Origin: Candidatus Dojkabacteria bacterium
GTDB lineage: Bacteria > Patescibacteriota > Dojkabacteria > GCA-002793355
DNA length: 64,000 bases
NCBI GenBank assembly: GCA_030583825.1
Contig: CP129477.1
Location: forward strand, 758,294 to 822,293
Direction of reading: 5' to 3'
A program made the position numbers and the translations under genes. Below are positions 9,617 to 18,688 of the stretch, piece after piece. The stretch's first letter is position 1; every line of letters begins with the position of its first letter. A model generated the notes under the pieces. It was not told where the DNA came from. It was given only the letters and a program-made list of their open reading frames with translations, and did no database searches.

Positions 9617-12559
9617 AGCCATTCCAGTCACCTGATCCTTATCCCCAACCTTAATGATTCTGACGCCGCTGGTTTGTCGTCCAAGTACTGGAACACTCTT
9701 TAGTGTGGTCTTCATAACAATACCCTGTTTTGATACAACAATAATTTCTGTTTCGTTTCGGCGATCTTCTTCATTGAAGATTCGAGCAACAACGATTGGG
9801 CCAGTCTTTGTTGCAACTTTTGCAGCAAAAATTCCCTGTCCACCACGCTTTTGAAGTTTGAATTTGTTCAATGCGGTGCATTTTCCATATCCTGCTTCAG
9901 AAATTGTGATCAGAATATCTTTATCATTTCTTACGACTTCCATGGCGATAACGCTGTCATCTCCCTTTACGGTGATTCCCTTTACACCCATTGTGTTTCG
10001 TCCGCTAACTTTTATATCGTTCTCGTCGAATTTAATGGATTTTCCTTTCTTGGTAACAATAATAATATTGTCTTTTCCAGTTGTGAGGCGAGCGTTTATC
10101 AATGAGTCTCCAGGCTTTAAGATGATTGCTGTCAAGCCATTCTTACGAATATTATCAAACTCCGAAAGCTTCGTTTTCTTCATGATTCCCTTTGCTGTTG
10201 CCATAACAATGTGTTGTGCTTCTTTTTCTGTGTCACTGATAGCCAATACTGCGCTGATCTCGGTGTTTTGTGTAATTGCAATCAGGTTCACTATTGGAAG
10301 ACCTTTTGCTGTTTTGGAGTATTCTGGAATTTCGTAGCCACGAACTTTGAATACCTTACCATCGTTTGAGAAGAACATTATCCAATCATGAGTTGAACAT
10401 ACCAACGTGTGGTTTACGTAATCATTTTCTTTTAGCTTTGCGCCGACAGAACCTTTTCCACCGCGGTTTTGAGTACGATACTCTTCTGGGTTAATTCTCT
10501 TAATGTATCCTGCTTTGCTGATTGTTACGAATGTTTGCGCTCGTGCAACCAAGTCTTCTTCTTGAGGTTCGTCTACATCTCCCTTAAACACTTTTGTTCG
10601 TCGCTTGTCTCCAAATCGTGACTTAATATCAACCAATTCTTCACGAATAAGTGACAAAATGTTTGCTTCGGAGGACAAATAAGTCTCATGATGCTTAATA
10701 AGATCCATGATTCCATCGTAGTCGTCTTGAATTTTCTGCCGTTCAAGTGCTGCGAGTTTTCGCAGTTGCATATCAAGAATTGCCTGTGCCTGGACTTCGG
10801 TCAAGTCGAATCGTGCAATCAAGTTTGTTCGTGCCTCGTCCTGAGTTTTCGATGCTCGAATGGTTTTAATAACCTCGTCAATAAAGTCGAGTGCTTTCAA
10901 CAGACCTTCTAAAATATGTGCCTGATATTTATTTTGTGCAAGTTCGAATTCTAATTTTCGAATTGTGACCATCATTCTGTGGTCAAGATAAAGCTCAAGA
11001 ATTCGCTTTAGGTTCAATGTCTTTGGCTCATCTTCGACAAGTGCAATTGTATTCGCGTTAAAGTTCATCTGCAACGCGGTATATTTGTACAATTTGCTGA
11101 TAACAACTTGTGGTGTTGTACCTGTTTTCAGCTCGATAACAACGCGAATTTCGTTCTTTGCTGATTCGTCGCGGAGATATTTAATTCCCTCGATTTTGTC
11201 CTGCTGAACAAGGTCTGCAATGTTCTGAATTAACAACGCTTTGTTTACCTGGTAAGGAAGCTCAGTAATAATTAATGCCTGTCTGCCCTTATCATCTTCT
11301 TCAATTTGGATGACACCACGTGTTTTAATCTTTCCACGGCCTGTTTCGTAAAATGCGAGAATCTCTTTCTGGTTATAAATCTGTCCACCTGTTGGGAAAT
11401 CAGGGCCTTTCACATGCTCCATGAGTTCCTGTGTGGTTACCCTTGAAACAAATCGTGGGTATAGCGATGTTGGCGCTGTTTCACCTTTAGTTTTTTGCTC
11501 TGAGCTCAAAAATTCACGGAGTGTTGTGACATCCTGCTCGAGGATCATTTCGTGTTCAGGTTTTATTTGTCCATCTCGCGCAATTTCTTTAAATGCTGCT
11601 ACTCTGCCCTTGTATGTTGGGTCGTTTGCTGCAATGTAATTTTCCCAATATTCATATGGTTCACTGTTTAGTAATGCTGGAATACGTGTTTTTGACTCTC
11701 GGATTTGGCGTAATACATTGTAAAGTGAGATACCGTTCCATGTGCTCTCTGCGTCAATCATTGTGACCAACGCATCAATGACTTCTCCAAGGTTATGAGG
11801 AGGAATCTTTGTTGCCATACCTACGGCAATACCTTCTGATCCGTTTACAAGTAGGTTTGGAAATGCTGCTGGCAATGTGACTGGCTCATTTCGTGTGCCG
11901 TCGTAGTTAGGTCGGAACAAAACTGTTCCTTTTTCGATATCTTTAATAAGCTCAACTGTAATTTTTGCGAATTTTGCTTCTGTGTAACGCATTTGCGCTG
12001 GAGGGTCACCGTCAATAGATCCAAAGTTTCCCTGTCCATGAACAAGTGGGTATCTCATTGAAAAGTCCTGTGCGAGCTTTACGAGTGTTGGATACACAAC
12101 TGCTTCACCGTGTGGATGATAGTCACCTGTTGTCTGACCTGCAATTTTTGCGCTTTTACGAAATGACGCTGTTGGCCAAAGTAAAAGGTCTCTCATTGCA
12201 ACTAAAATACGTCGCTGTGATGGCTTTAATCCGTCTTTTACGTCTGGAAGTGCTCGAGCGACAATAACGCTCATTGCGTAGTCAATGTAGTCTTTCTTCA
12301 TTGCGTCAACGATTGAAACGTTTACGACGCTTCCGCTTTTAAACCCTGCTCCTGTATAAAGAGATTCGTTTAGTCCTCCGTCATCATCGGAATGCTCTGT
12401 TTCTTCGATTTCTTCAGGCGGAGTTTGTAACAATGTGTCGCTATTTTGTACTTCTGCAGATTCAGTTACTTCGTCTGCTTCTTTTTGCGTTTCTGCAATT
12501 TGTTCCTCGATGAGTTTTTTGACATCGTCGGGAATTGGGGGTTTTTCATTTTTTGCCAT
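9611..12559 (-). CDS. gyrA: DNA gyrase subunit A
   Basis: 982 aa. YIDYAMSVIVARALPDVKDGLKPSQRRIL and the active-site region QGNFGSIDGDPPAQMRYTEAKF. C-terminal beta-pinwheel repeats. About 70-aa acidic N-terminal extension and a ~100-aa insertion between IPPHNLGEV and GPDFPTGG. TAGAAT 7 nt upstream of the ATG (leaderless pattern). Confidence 0.92.
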   Translation of the reverse strand: MAKNEKPPIPDDVKKLIEEQIAETQKEADEVTESAEVQNSDTLLQTPPEEIEETEHSDDDGGLNESLYTGAGFKSGSVVNVSIVDAMKKDYIDYAMSVIVARALPDVKDGLKPSQRRILVAMRDLLLWPTASFRKSAKIAGQTTGDYHPHGEAVVYPTLVKLAQDFSMRYPLVHGQGNFGSIDGDPPAQMRYTEAKFAKITVELIKDIEKGTVLFRPNYDGTRNEPVTLPAAFPNLLVNGSEGIAVGMATKIPPHNLGEVIDALVTMIDAESTWNGISLYNVLRQIRESKTRIPALLNSEPYEYWENYIAANDPTYKGRVAAFKEIARDGQIKPEHEMILEQDVTTLREFLSSEQKTKGETAPTSLYPRFVSRVTTQELMEHVKGPDFPTGGQIYNQKEILAFYETGRGKIKTRGVIQIEEDDKGRQALIITELPYQVNKALLIQNIADLVQQDKIEGIKYLRDESAKNEIRVVIELKTGTTPQVVISKLYKYTALQMNFNANTIALVEDEPKTLNLKRILELYLDHRMMVTIRKLEFELAQNKYQAHILEGLLKALDFIDEVIKTIRASKTQDEARTNLIARFDLTEVQAQAILDMQLRKLAALERQKIQDDYDGIMDLIKHHETYLSSEANILSLIREELVDIKSRFGDKRRTKVFKGDVDEPQEEDLVARAQTFVTISKAGYIKRINPEEYRTQNRGGKGSVGAKLKENDYVNHTLVCSTHDWIMFFSNDGKVFKVRGYEIPEYSKTAKGLPIVNLIAITQNTEISAVLAISDTEKEAQHIVMATAKGIMKKTKLSEFDNIRKNGLTAIILKPGDSLINARLTTGKDNIIIVTKKGKSIKFDENDIKVSGRNTMGVKGITVKGDDSVIAMEVVRNDKDILITISEAGYGKCTALNKFKLQKRGGQGIFAAKVATKTGPIVVARIFNEEDRRNETEIIVVSKQGIVMKTTLKSVPVLGRQTSGVRIIKVGDKDQVTGMAA

Positions 12560-12711
12560 ACGCGCTATTCTACGGTATTTCTAGTGTTAAGGTCAAGTCT
12601 TAGAATGGAAAGATTTTGCCGCTGGTTTGGTATGTTTTTATTACGCAAAAGAGACCTATAGTTTGATTTTAAAATACAGAAATGGTATAATACTGTGGTT
12701 GTTTTATAGAA

Positions 12712-13014
12712 TTGGAGCACTTGGAAATGAGTAGTATCACTTTCCCCTACGCGGTTCGCCTTAAGTCTCCATGGCGGGACTTGATTAAAGAGACGACTGG
12801 GTTAACGGCGCCAGAAGACTGCATTGCATATCTGACATTGAGTCAGGCAAATATCTGGAAAGGACAAAATCCTCCTGATATCCCGGCAGTTTTCATCCCT
12901 GATTCAGAAAAGGTCAAAGTCCATTTTGAGGATGAGTTAGGTGATCCATATCAAGTGGATTTGCCAATTGAGGCACTAGACCTGACAAATGCGTTTCTGA
13001 AGACAGACAAATAG
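12712..13014 (+). CDS. small hypothetical protein (100 aa), stand-alone transcription unit
   Basis: ORF preceded by GGTATAAT (-10) and a GGAG RBS. Confidence 0.35.
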   Translation: MEHLEMSSITFPYAVRLKSPWRDLIKETTGLTAPEDCIAYLTLSQANIWKGQNPPDIPAVFIPDSEKVKVHFEDELGDPYQVDLPIEALDLTNAFLKTDK

Positions 13015-13174
13015 CCAGTAGGGTAAAATTATCGGTTCCACCGCTCCATCTTGAACCTTAGGAGGACTCCAAATGATTAACACACAAAGTTTATTATTTG
13101 CAGTTCTCCTGAATGACACTTTTCTCATAAAAACTACAAAATCCCCGCTATTTTTGCTATAATACTCTGCTCGC

Positions 13175-13462
13175 TTGTACAACAAAGGAGACGACAACGT
13201 GTACACGTACAAGGCAAGCTTGACGGAATATTGGCAGAAGCAGGTCGAAGAAGTCGCGGGAGAAACTCTCTCGAAAGAGTTTACTGTGATTCTTGACACC
13301 ACCCAAGCGCGTAAAGTGCACTGGGGGGAACTGCGTCAGATTACCGATCTCGGCCCAATGGATGAGATGGTAAAAGCCAACTTCGGTTCGGAACAAGAAC
13401 CTAACGAATGGATGGTTCCCCTTGCGGGCATCAGACCAAGTACGTTGAAGTTCGCGGACTAA
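13175..13462 (+). CDS. small hypothetical protein (about 88-95 aa), stand-alone transcription unit
   Basis: Extended -10 TGCTATAAT at 13155-13163. AAGGAG RBS at 13185-13190, with GTG 13199 as the likely true start (the TTG at 13175 is the track's start). Followed by a strong hairpin at 13479-13530. Confidence 0.4.
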   Translation: MYNKGDDNVYTYKASLTEYWQKQVEEVAGETLSKEFTVILDTTQARKVHWGELRQITDLGPMDEMVKANFGSEQEPNEWMVPLAGIRPSTLKFAD

Positions 13463-13478
13463 CCGATAACCGTCAAAC

Positions 13479-13530
13479 GGGAGGACTCAAGCGAAGAATT
13501 AATTTTCCAATTCTTAATTTGCGTCCTCCC
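13479..13530 (+). terminator. long hairpin (GGGAGGAC...GTCCTCCC with an internal GAAGAATTAA/TTAATTCTT stem)
   Basis: Seen directly, 17 nt after the stop of the small ORF. T-rich run a few nt downstream. Confidence 0.45.
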
Positions 13531-13643
13531 AGATGAACTTTTCTTTCCTCGCAAAGTGTAGTTAATATCTTATAGTATTGATTTCTCTGCGTAATTTTGC
13601 TAAAATACACTATCGAACCATTATAGTTTCGTAGGAGTGTATC

Positions 13644-13895
13644 ATGTACACGGTTTTCATTTCGGCTCTTTGGCTGATCGAGTGTGGATTTGATGTCAAA
13701 GGGACAGCGGCACAGTGCCAATTAACTCCAATACAAGTAAAAGGGGTTAATGACGGGACTTATCTCGGTGCGTTAGCAATCATTGATAAAAATCGTACTG
13801 AAGAAATGGCAATCCCGTTTGTCAAAGCAACCTACAATGGCACTGAAATTGACCTCCCGTTATCTCAAATCACCCGAGCCGAAGCCATCGCATGA
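13644..13895 (+). CDS. small hypothetical protein (83 aa), stand-alone transcription unit
   Basis: Preceded by TTGCTAAAATAC (-10-like) and an AGGAGTG RBS 4 nt before the ATG. Followed by an imperfect hairpin AGAGGGCGTC...GACGCTCTCT. Confidence 0.35.
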   Translation: MYTVFISALWLIECGFDVKGTAAQCQLTPIQVKGVNDGTYLGALAIIDKNRTEEMAIPFVKATYNGTEIDLPLSQITRAEAIA

Positions 13896-14013
13896 ATAAC
13901 CTCCAATTAGAGGGCGTCTTTGTTATATACAAACAAAACACTGACGCTCTCTTTGGAACACCTTTCGGCTCCCAACATTTTCAATCTCAATAAAAAATTT
14001 CTGGAATGAATAT

Positions 14014-14538
14014 TTATCTTACTTCCAATAATTCCACTTCAAACACTAATGTTGCATTTGGAGGAATTGCACCTGGAATACCGCTTGCACCATATGCGAG
14101 ACTTCCTGGAATGGTAAGTTTTCTTTTTTCTCCGACTTTCATGCCTTTTACACCCTGATCCCAGCCTTTAATGACCTGACCGGCTCCCAGTGTGAATGAA
14201 AATGGTTCTCCTCTGTCGAGAGAACTATCGAACTTCGTGCCATTTGTTAACGTTCCTGTGTAGTGAACAACGACGATTCTTCCGTCTTCAGCCACTGCAC
14301 CATTTCCTTCGGCAATTGTTTCAATTTGTAATTCTGTAACCATTGGTAATTCAGTTATATTAGGTGTTGGAGTTGGGCTTACAGTTACCTGTCTTTCTCC
14401 TTCTTGAATGCCCTGCGCTGCTCTTGCAACAATCCATAGTACCACGAATGCGCCAACCATCGCAATAAGGATGACCATAAGTGCGACTGAGTCAGCTTTA
14501 ATCTTTTTGTGTAACATAGCTATCAAATTTTTGATCAA
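14014..14538 (-). CDS. FKBP-type peptidyl-prolyl cis-trans isomerase with N-terminal membrane anchor
   Basis: 174 aa. N-terminal TM helix, then a canonical FKBP domain ([56 protein letters not shown]...[10 protein letters not shown]). Confidence 0.85.
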   Translation of the reverse strand: MIKNLIAMLHKKIKADSVALMVILIAMVGAFVVLWIVARAAQGIQEGERQVTVSPTPTPNITELPMVTELQIETIAEGNGAVAEDGRIVVVHYTGTLTNGTKFDSSLDRGEPFSFTLGAGQVIKGWDQGVKGMKVGEKRKLTIPGSLAYGASGIPGAIPPNATLVFEVELLEVR

Positions 14539-14539
14539 G

Positions 14540-15616
14540 TTATTTATTAGGAGTAGGTTTCACCTTTTTCTTTACTTTCTTTTTGGGTGCTTTCTCTTTT
14601 TCCTGCTCTTCAAGCTTGCTAAATCCAAAGCTGCTTCCATGTGAATCTTCCTGCTTGAGTGCATATCGTCGAAGCAACGATACTACCATAAATGTCGCAA
14701 ATATTATTACAAAAATAACGCCTGATTGCCAATAAGAGAGTCCTAACGGTGTGAGTTTTGCCATAAGTTCCGGTTCTGCTGCTGAGCTCGTATCCATAAA
14801 TGGCCATACAACTCGCAAAGATGCTGCAATTAAACCAAGAATGAATGCCAAAAGGTATGACTGATACTTTTCAAACATGACTTTAAGTATTCGTACAGTA
14901 GCGATGACGCCAAGTCCTAAGCCTGCAGCAAACGAAAGGAGATTAACCAAAGTATCCATATCAAGCTGGAATGCGAGAATTTTTGTTGCAGTGCTCAAAA
15001 GGTACTCATACAACCCCATAACGAGTAATGCAAATGAGATGCTGATGCCTGGAAAAAATCCTGCAAGTGAAGAAAATAGTCCTGCAAAGAACATTGTTAC
15101 TGGTGTTATGCTTGAGCGAAGTGCTCCCGGCTGCTGTTCAAAGAACAAAAGAAAGATAATGAGTGAGGTCATAAAAACGATTAGCTCGAGACTGCCCTTC
15201 TTTTTCATTTCCTGGTAAGGAATTTGCAAACATGCGAGGACAATACCAAATGCTGCGGCGAATACATACAGTGGATAACGCTGTAACAAAAAATGCATGA
15301 GATTTGCACCAAGAAGCAATGTGATTGCTGCTCCAATCGCAATTGTTATAAGAAAAACCCACTTGATAGCGAAAAATGATTTTTGTACGTCTTTAAATGT
15401 CTTTTTTCTAATGATCCAAAGGGATAATGTTTTGAGAAACTCTGTGCCATTGTAAAGACACATGATTATTTCGTCATAGAATCCGCCTATAATTGCTGCT
15501 GTCTGTGCACCTACTCCGGGAATAAGCTCGCCAGCTCCCATAAGTGCGCCGTAAATAAGGTTTTTAAGATGATTCATTATTGCTTTTTTATGACAGCTTA
15601 TGAGCGATTGTAACAC
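14540..15616 (-). CDS. polytopic membrane protein, DUF368-like (two PG-x-S/G repeats), with Lys-rich C-terminal tail
   Basis: 358 aa with about 8 TM helices. Internal repeats [15 protein letters not shown] and [15 protein letters not shown] are reminiscent of the DUF368 duplication. Family assignment is tentative. Stop is 1 nt from the start of the FKBP gene. Confidence 0.45.
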   Translation of the reverse strand: MLQSLISCHKKAIMNHLKNLIYGALMGAGELIPGVGAQTAAIIGGFYDEIIMCLYNGTEFLKTLSLWIIRKKTFKDVQKSFFAIKWVFLITIAIGAAITLLLGANLMHFLLQRYPLYVFAAAFGIVLACLQIPYQEMKKKGSLELIVFMTSLIIFLLFFEQQPGALRSSITPVTMFFAGLFSSLAGFFPGISISFALLVMGLYEYLLSTATKILAFQLDMDTLVNLLSFAAGLGLGVIATVRILKVMFEKYQSYLLAFILGLIAASLRVVWPFMDTSSAAEPELMAKLTPLGLSYWQSGVIFVIIFATFMVVSLLRRYALKQEDSHGSSFGFSKLEEQEKEKAPKKKVKKKVKPTPNK

Positions 15617-15685
15617 TATGAGGTTTGAGTGTCATGAGGAAAATGCTATAATGTGCCTGTCGCATATTGAAAGGAGTTCGTAAAA

Positions 15686-15901
15686 GTGTTGAAAGTTACT
15701 TTAACCAACGAAGGTAAGAACTTGGTGGGATTGAGGCTGAGTGCTTCAATTACAGGAGATGCTCGTTGTCAAATTTTGGATGGTGAATTTACTGTTTCAC
15801 GGCAGGTGCCAGGAATTCTTGTATTCATTAAATATGAAAGACAGATTATTCCCCTTCCCCCGACGTTTTGTATATTCATCGAAGAAAAAGTAACCCCTTG
15901 A
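15686..15901 (+). CDS. small hypothetical protein (71 aa), stand-alone unit
   Basis: GCTATAAT -10 at about 15644. AAGGAG RBS 9 nt before the GTG start at 15686. Canonical intrinsic terminator immediately downstream. Confidence 0.4.
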   Translation: MLKVTLTNEGKNLVGLRLSASITGDARCQILDGEFTVSRQVPGILVFIKYERQIIPLPPTFCIFIEEKVTP

Positions 15902-15910
15902 AGATGCGCG

Positions 15911-15970
15911 CGAAGCAATTGTGTTCTTTATTTAGACCCGATTGCTTCGTTGCTTTACCTTTTTTCCCAC
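15911..15970 (+). terminator. intrinsic terminator (CGAAGCAAT-n21-ATTGCTTCG followed by a T-rich tract)
   Basis: 9-bp perfect stem followed by TTGCTTTACCTTTTTTCCC, seen directly. Confidence 0.5.
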
Positions 15971-16115
15971 AAAAAATATATACAGCTGATTTGTATTGGA
16001 TTGATAAAAAAGTAAAACCTTGTGCCTGTATGTTTGTGATTTAGTGAATAGACACGATGTACTGAATTATACCATGAAAACGTAGATTACAACGTATATA
16101 TGCCTGTTGAAAAAT

Positions 16116-16811
16116 TTACCTCGACTGTAAATCCCGAATTGTTTGAAGTGGAATTCCGCCTGCTAAAAATAACGTCAGAACATGGCGCGGAATTTCGGCT
16201 GATTTCATAAAATCAAATGGCGCATATGCACTAAAAAGCTCATTACGGGAAGTCGGATCAACTTGTAAAATGTCTCGAACCTGTTTTCCAATCCACGAAA
16301 CATTTTTCACAATGCGCTGCTCTTTCAGCTTTGCGAGCAATAACAGAATTCTTTGCACTACAGGAAACTCACTCTTCTCAACGAGTAAATTGGCCATAAA
16401 ATCGTTTGGAAGACTGACTGCAGGCATTTCCTCCCAGAAAAATAAAACAGGAGCTTTTCCTGCGTTTAATTGCGTTTCGGAAAATCGCAGAAATGGCTCG
16501 GGGATCATAAATTTCATTTCAGAGATACGAATTTCTCCATGGCTGGGGGTAATTCTAAATGTGACAGGCTCATTCTCCCCCGTATATTGTAAAGTCGCGC
16601 TAAGAAATAAGTCGTGCTCGTTGAGATGAAACTGTGTCATCACTGGGAAAATAAATCCGCCTGCTGGTTGCATAATTGGATGCATGACCAAAATATCTTT
16701 GCCTTCTGAAGTATTTTCTGTGACGATCCTTCTGTACTTTGTAAGGTCAGTAACCGTTGCAAGGCAAATGTCGTGGAATAGTTCTTTTGTTGGGATAACT
16801 TTTTTGGCCAT
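16116..16811 (-). CDS. hypothetical protein (232 aa) encoded directly downstream of efp-epmA
   Basis: ORF continues the efp-epmA gene string on the same strand. Start at ATG 16811 (MAKKVIP) is preferred over the track's 16862 because TATACT lies 5 nt upstream (leaderless pattern). No recognisable motif. Confidence 0.5.
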   Translation of the reverse strand: MAKKVIPTKELFHDICLATVTDLTKYRRIVTENTSEGKDILVMHPIMQPAGGFIFPVMTQFHLNEHDLFLSATLQYTGENEPVTFRITPSHGEIRISEMKFMIPEPFLRFSETQLNAGKAPVLFFWEEMPAVSLPNDFMANLLVEKSEFPVVQRILLLLAKLKEQRIVKNVSWIGKQVRDILQVDPTSRNELFSAYAPFDFMKSAEIPRHVLTLFLAGGIPLQTIRDLQSR

Positions 16812-16885
16812 ATGACAGTATAGCGTTATGGTACGGCGCACGCAATGAGGAAGCACCCGCAACTTTTTGCAGGTGAACGATATTA

Positions 16886-17965
16886 TTAGCGAGTGAAATC
16901 AAAAACAGTAATATCTTTTATATCGCCAAAAAGCATTACCATTCGGTCAATTCCAAGGGCATTTCCGCTACATTCTGGAATTCCCTGTCGAAGCGCTTCT
17001 ATGAAGTCGTAATCAAATTCATATGACTTTTTCCCTTTTGCTTCGATGCTGGCAATTTCTGCTTCAAAAGTTTTTACCTGCAAGTCTGCGTCAGTATTCT
17101 CGGTGAAAGTATTACAAATTTCTAAGCCTGCAATCATGACTTCAAATCGTTCTGCCCAGATAAGCTCTTTTACAGTTTCTCCACGCTTTGGTTTTGCAAG
17201 AGGTGATAATTCATGAGGATAGTCATAGACAATGACAGGAACATCCTGCGGAAGATACGGCTCAATATAGGTAAGCAACAACTGATGAAACAACTCTTCC
17301 CATGTTGTGTGTTCTTCCACTGTAATCGGCAAATGCTTTATTTTTTCAGCAAGAAGTTTCACGGAAAAAGCACGTGTCTCTATATCCCATGTTTCTTCCA
17401 GATCTACGGAAACAAACTCTTTAAATAGATTGTTGATACTTATACGTTTCCATGGCTCTGCGATATTTATCTTTTTGCCCTGATATACAAGAAAGTCTGG
17501 TGCTTCCGGGTGTACTTTCTGAGCAATATATCGAAATAGTTCTTCTGTCGTGCGCATGACATCTTCGTAGTTTTTGCTTTTTTCGTACCATTCCAGAAGT
17601 GAAAACTCTGACATATGTTTCCCGCTGAGTGCTTCTCCGTTGCGAAAGCTTTTAGTCAAAGCGAAATTACTTCCAAACCCTGCTACAAGCATTTTTTTTG
17701 AGAATGACTCAGGAGATGTCAAAAGATACAACGGCCGCGATTCTTTTCCTTCCAGGCCTACTCTACGCTCTTCTGTGGCAAAAACGTCTAAGTAAGACTC
17801 AGGAATTAATGCTGGCTGTAAAATTGGTGCTTCAAACTCAAGAAATCCTCTTTGCGTAAAGAAATCGCGTATATGACGGAGAATTTGTATCTTTAAAAGA
17901 TACGCTTCTCTTGCACTTTTATCTTGCTGAAATCGTTTCCAGAATGGTTGAAATGTCTGTGACAT
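16886..17965 (-). CDS. epmA: EF-P lysine-34 lysyltransferase (EpmA/PoxA/GenX-like truncated class II LysRS paralog)
   Basis: 359 aa, class II aaRS catalytic core only. Motif 2-like FRNGE...SEFSLLEWY and motif 3 GIDRMVMLF. No anticodon-binding domain. Encoded 8 nt downstream of efp. Confidence 0.7.
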   Translation of the reverse strand: MSQTFQPFWKRFQQDKSAREAYLLKIQILRHIRDFFTQRGFLEFEAPILQPALIPESYLDVFATEERRVGLEGKESRPLYLLTSPESFSKKMLVAGFGSNFALTKSFRNGEALSGKHMSEFSLLEWYEKSKNYEDVMRTTEELFRYIAQKVHPEAPDFLVYQGKKINIAEPWKRISINNLFKEFVSVDLEETWDIETRAFSVKLLAEKIKHLPITVEEHTTWEELFHQLLLTYIEPYLPQDVPVIVYDYPHELSPLAKPKRGETVKELIWAERFEVMIAGLEICNTFTENTDADLQVKTFEAEIASIEAKGKKSYEFDYDFIEALRQGIPECSGNALGIDRMVMLFGDIKDITVFDFTR

Positions 17966-17973
17966 AGTTCTTC

Positions 17974-18537
17974 CTATTCAGTAGCACGTCCTTGGTAAGC
18001 GCTTGTTTCTGGGTCAATTTTGACTTTCTCTCCAACGCCGATAAATAAAGGAACCTGCATTTTATGTCCAGTTTCAAGAATTGCGTCTTTCATTGCACCT
18101 GTTGAAGTATTTCCCTTGACTGCGTCGGATGTTTCAATAATTTCAAGAGTTACCTGTGGAGGGAATTTAATCGAAATAAGAGTGTCCATATACATAATAA
18201 TTGTGTATTCTTCTCCTTCTTTCATGAATGGAAGGTATTGCTCTGCGAGTGATCGCTTAAGTTCGTATTGCTCGTAGGTACTTTTGTCCATGAAGAAGAC
18301 ATTGTTGTCGTCAGCATAGACATACTGCATGTTCTGAAAGTTTACTTCCAATTCTTCAACTTTTTCTCCTGATTTGAAGGTAAACGGAACTACTCTTCCA
18401 GAGTTGAGGTTCTTAAGCTTTACGCGTGTAAATGCGGATCCTTTTCCTGGTGAATAAAACTCTGCTTCTGTAATGAAGTTTGGCTCGTTGTTGTACATGA
18501 TGTACATATTCTTACGAATCTGGTCGGTCATTGCCAT
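17974..18537 (-). CDS. efp: elongation factor P
   Basis: 187 aa. Conserved loop SPGKGSAFTRVKLKN containing the modifiable Lys. Three OB/KOW-like domains. Confidence 0.9.
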   Translation of the reverse strand: MAMTDQIRKNMYIMYNNEPNFITEAEFYSPGKGSAFTRVKLKNLNSGRVVPFTFKSGEKVEELEVNFQNMQYVYADDNNVFFMDKSTYEQYELKRSLAEQYLPFMKEGEEYTIIMYMDTLISIKFPPQVTLEIIETSDAVKGNTSTGAMKDAILETGHKMQVPLFIGVGEKVKIDPETSAYQGRATE

Positions 18538-18651
18538 GATTATTGATGTTTTGAAAATTAATTTCTACGCGTATTATAGCAATTATGACTGGATGTGTCA
18601 TTATTTATATGTTAAACTATACCAGTCGAAAGGCTACTACTACGTTGGCTT

Positions 18652-18688
18652 GGGGGTTTCAATTTTGAAATCCCCTTTGCTTTTTTTA
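18652..18688 (+). terminator. intrinsic terminator on + strand (GGGGGTTTC-aattttg-GAAATCCCC then TTTGCTTTTTTTA)
   Basis: Hairpin plus U-tract is canonical only for a + strand transcript. TTGAAA at 18551 and TATTAT at 18572 lie upstream, so a ~100-nt + strand RNA antisense to the efp promoter/NYN 3' end is possible. Confidence 0.3.

Noticed and set aside
13473-13721. 82-aa minus-strand ORF
   Set aside because: It overlaps the terminator hairpin and promoter/RBS of two + strand small genes and has no start signals of its own.
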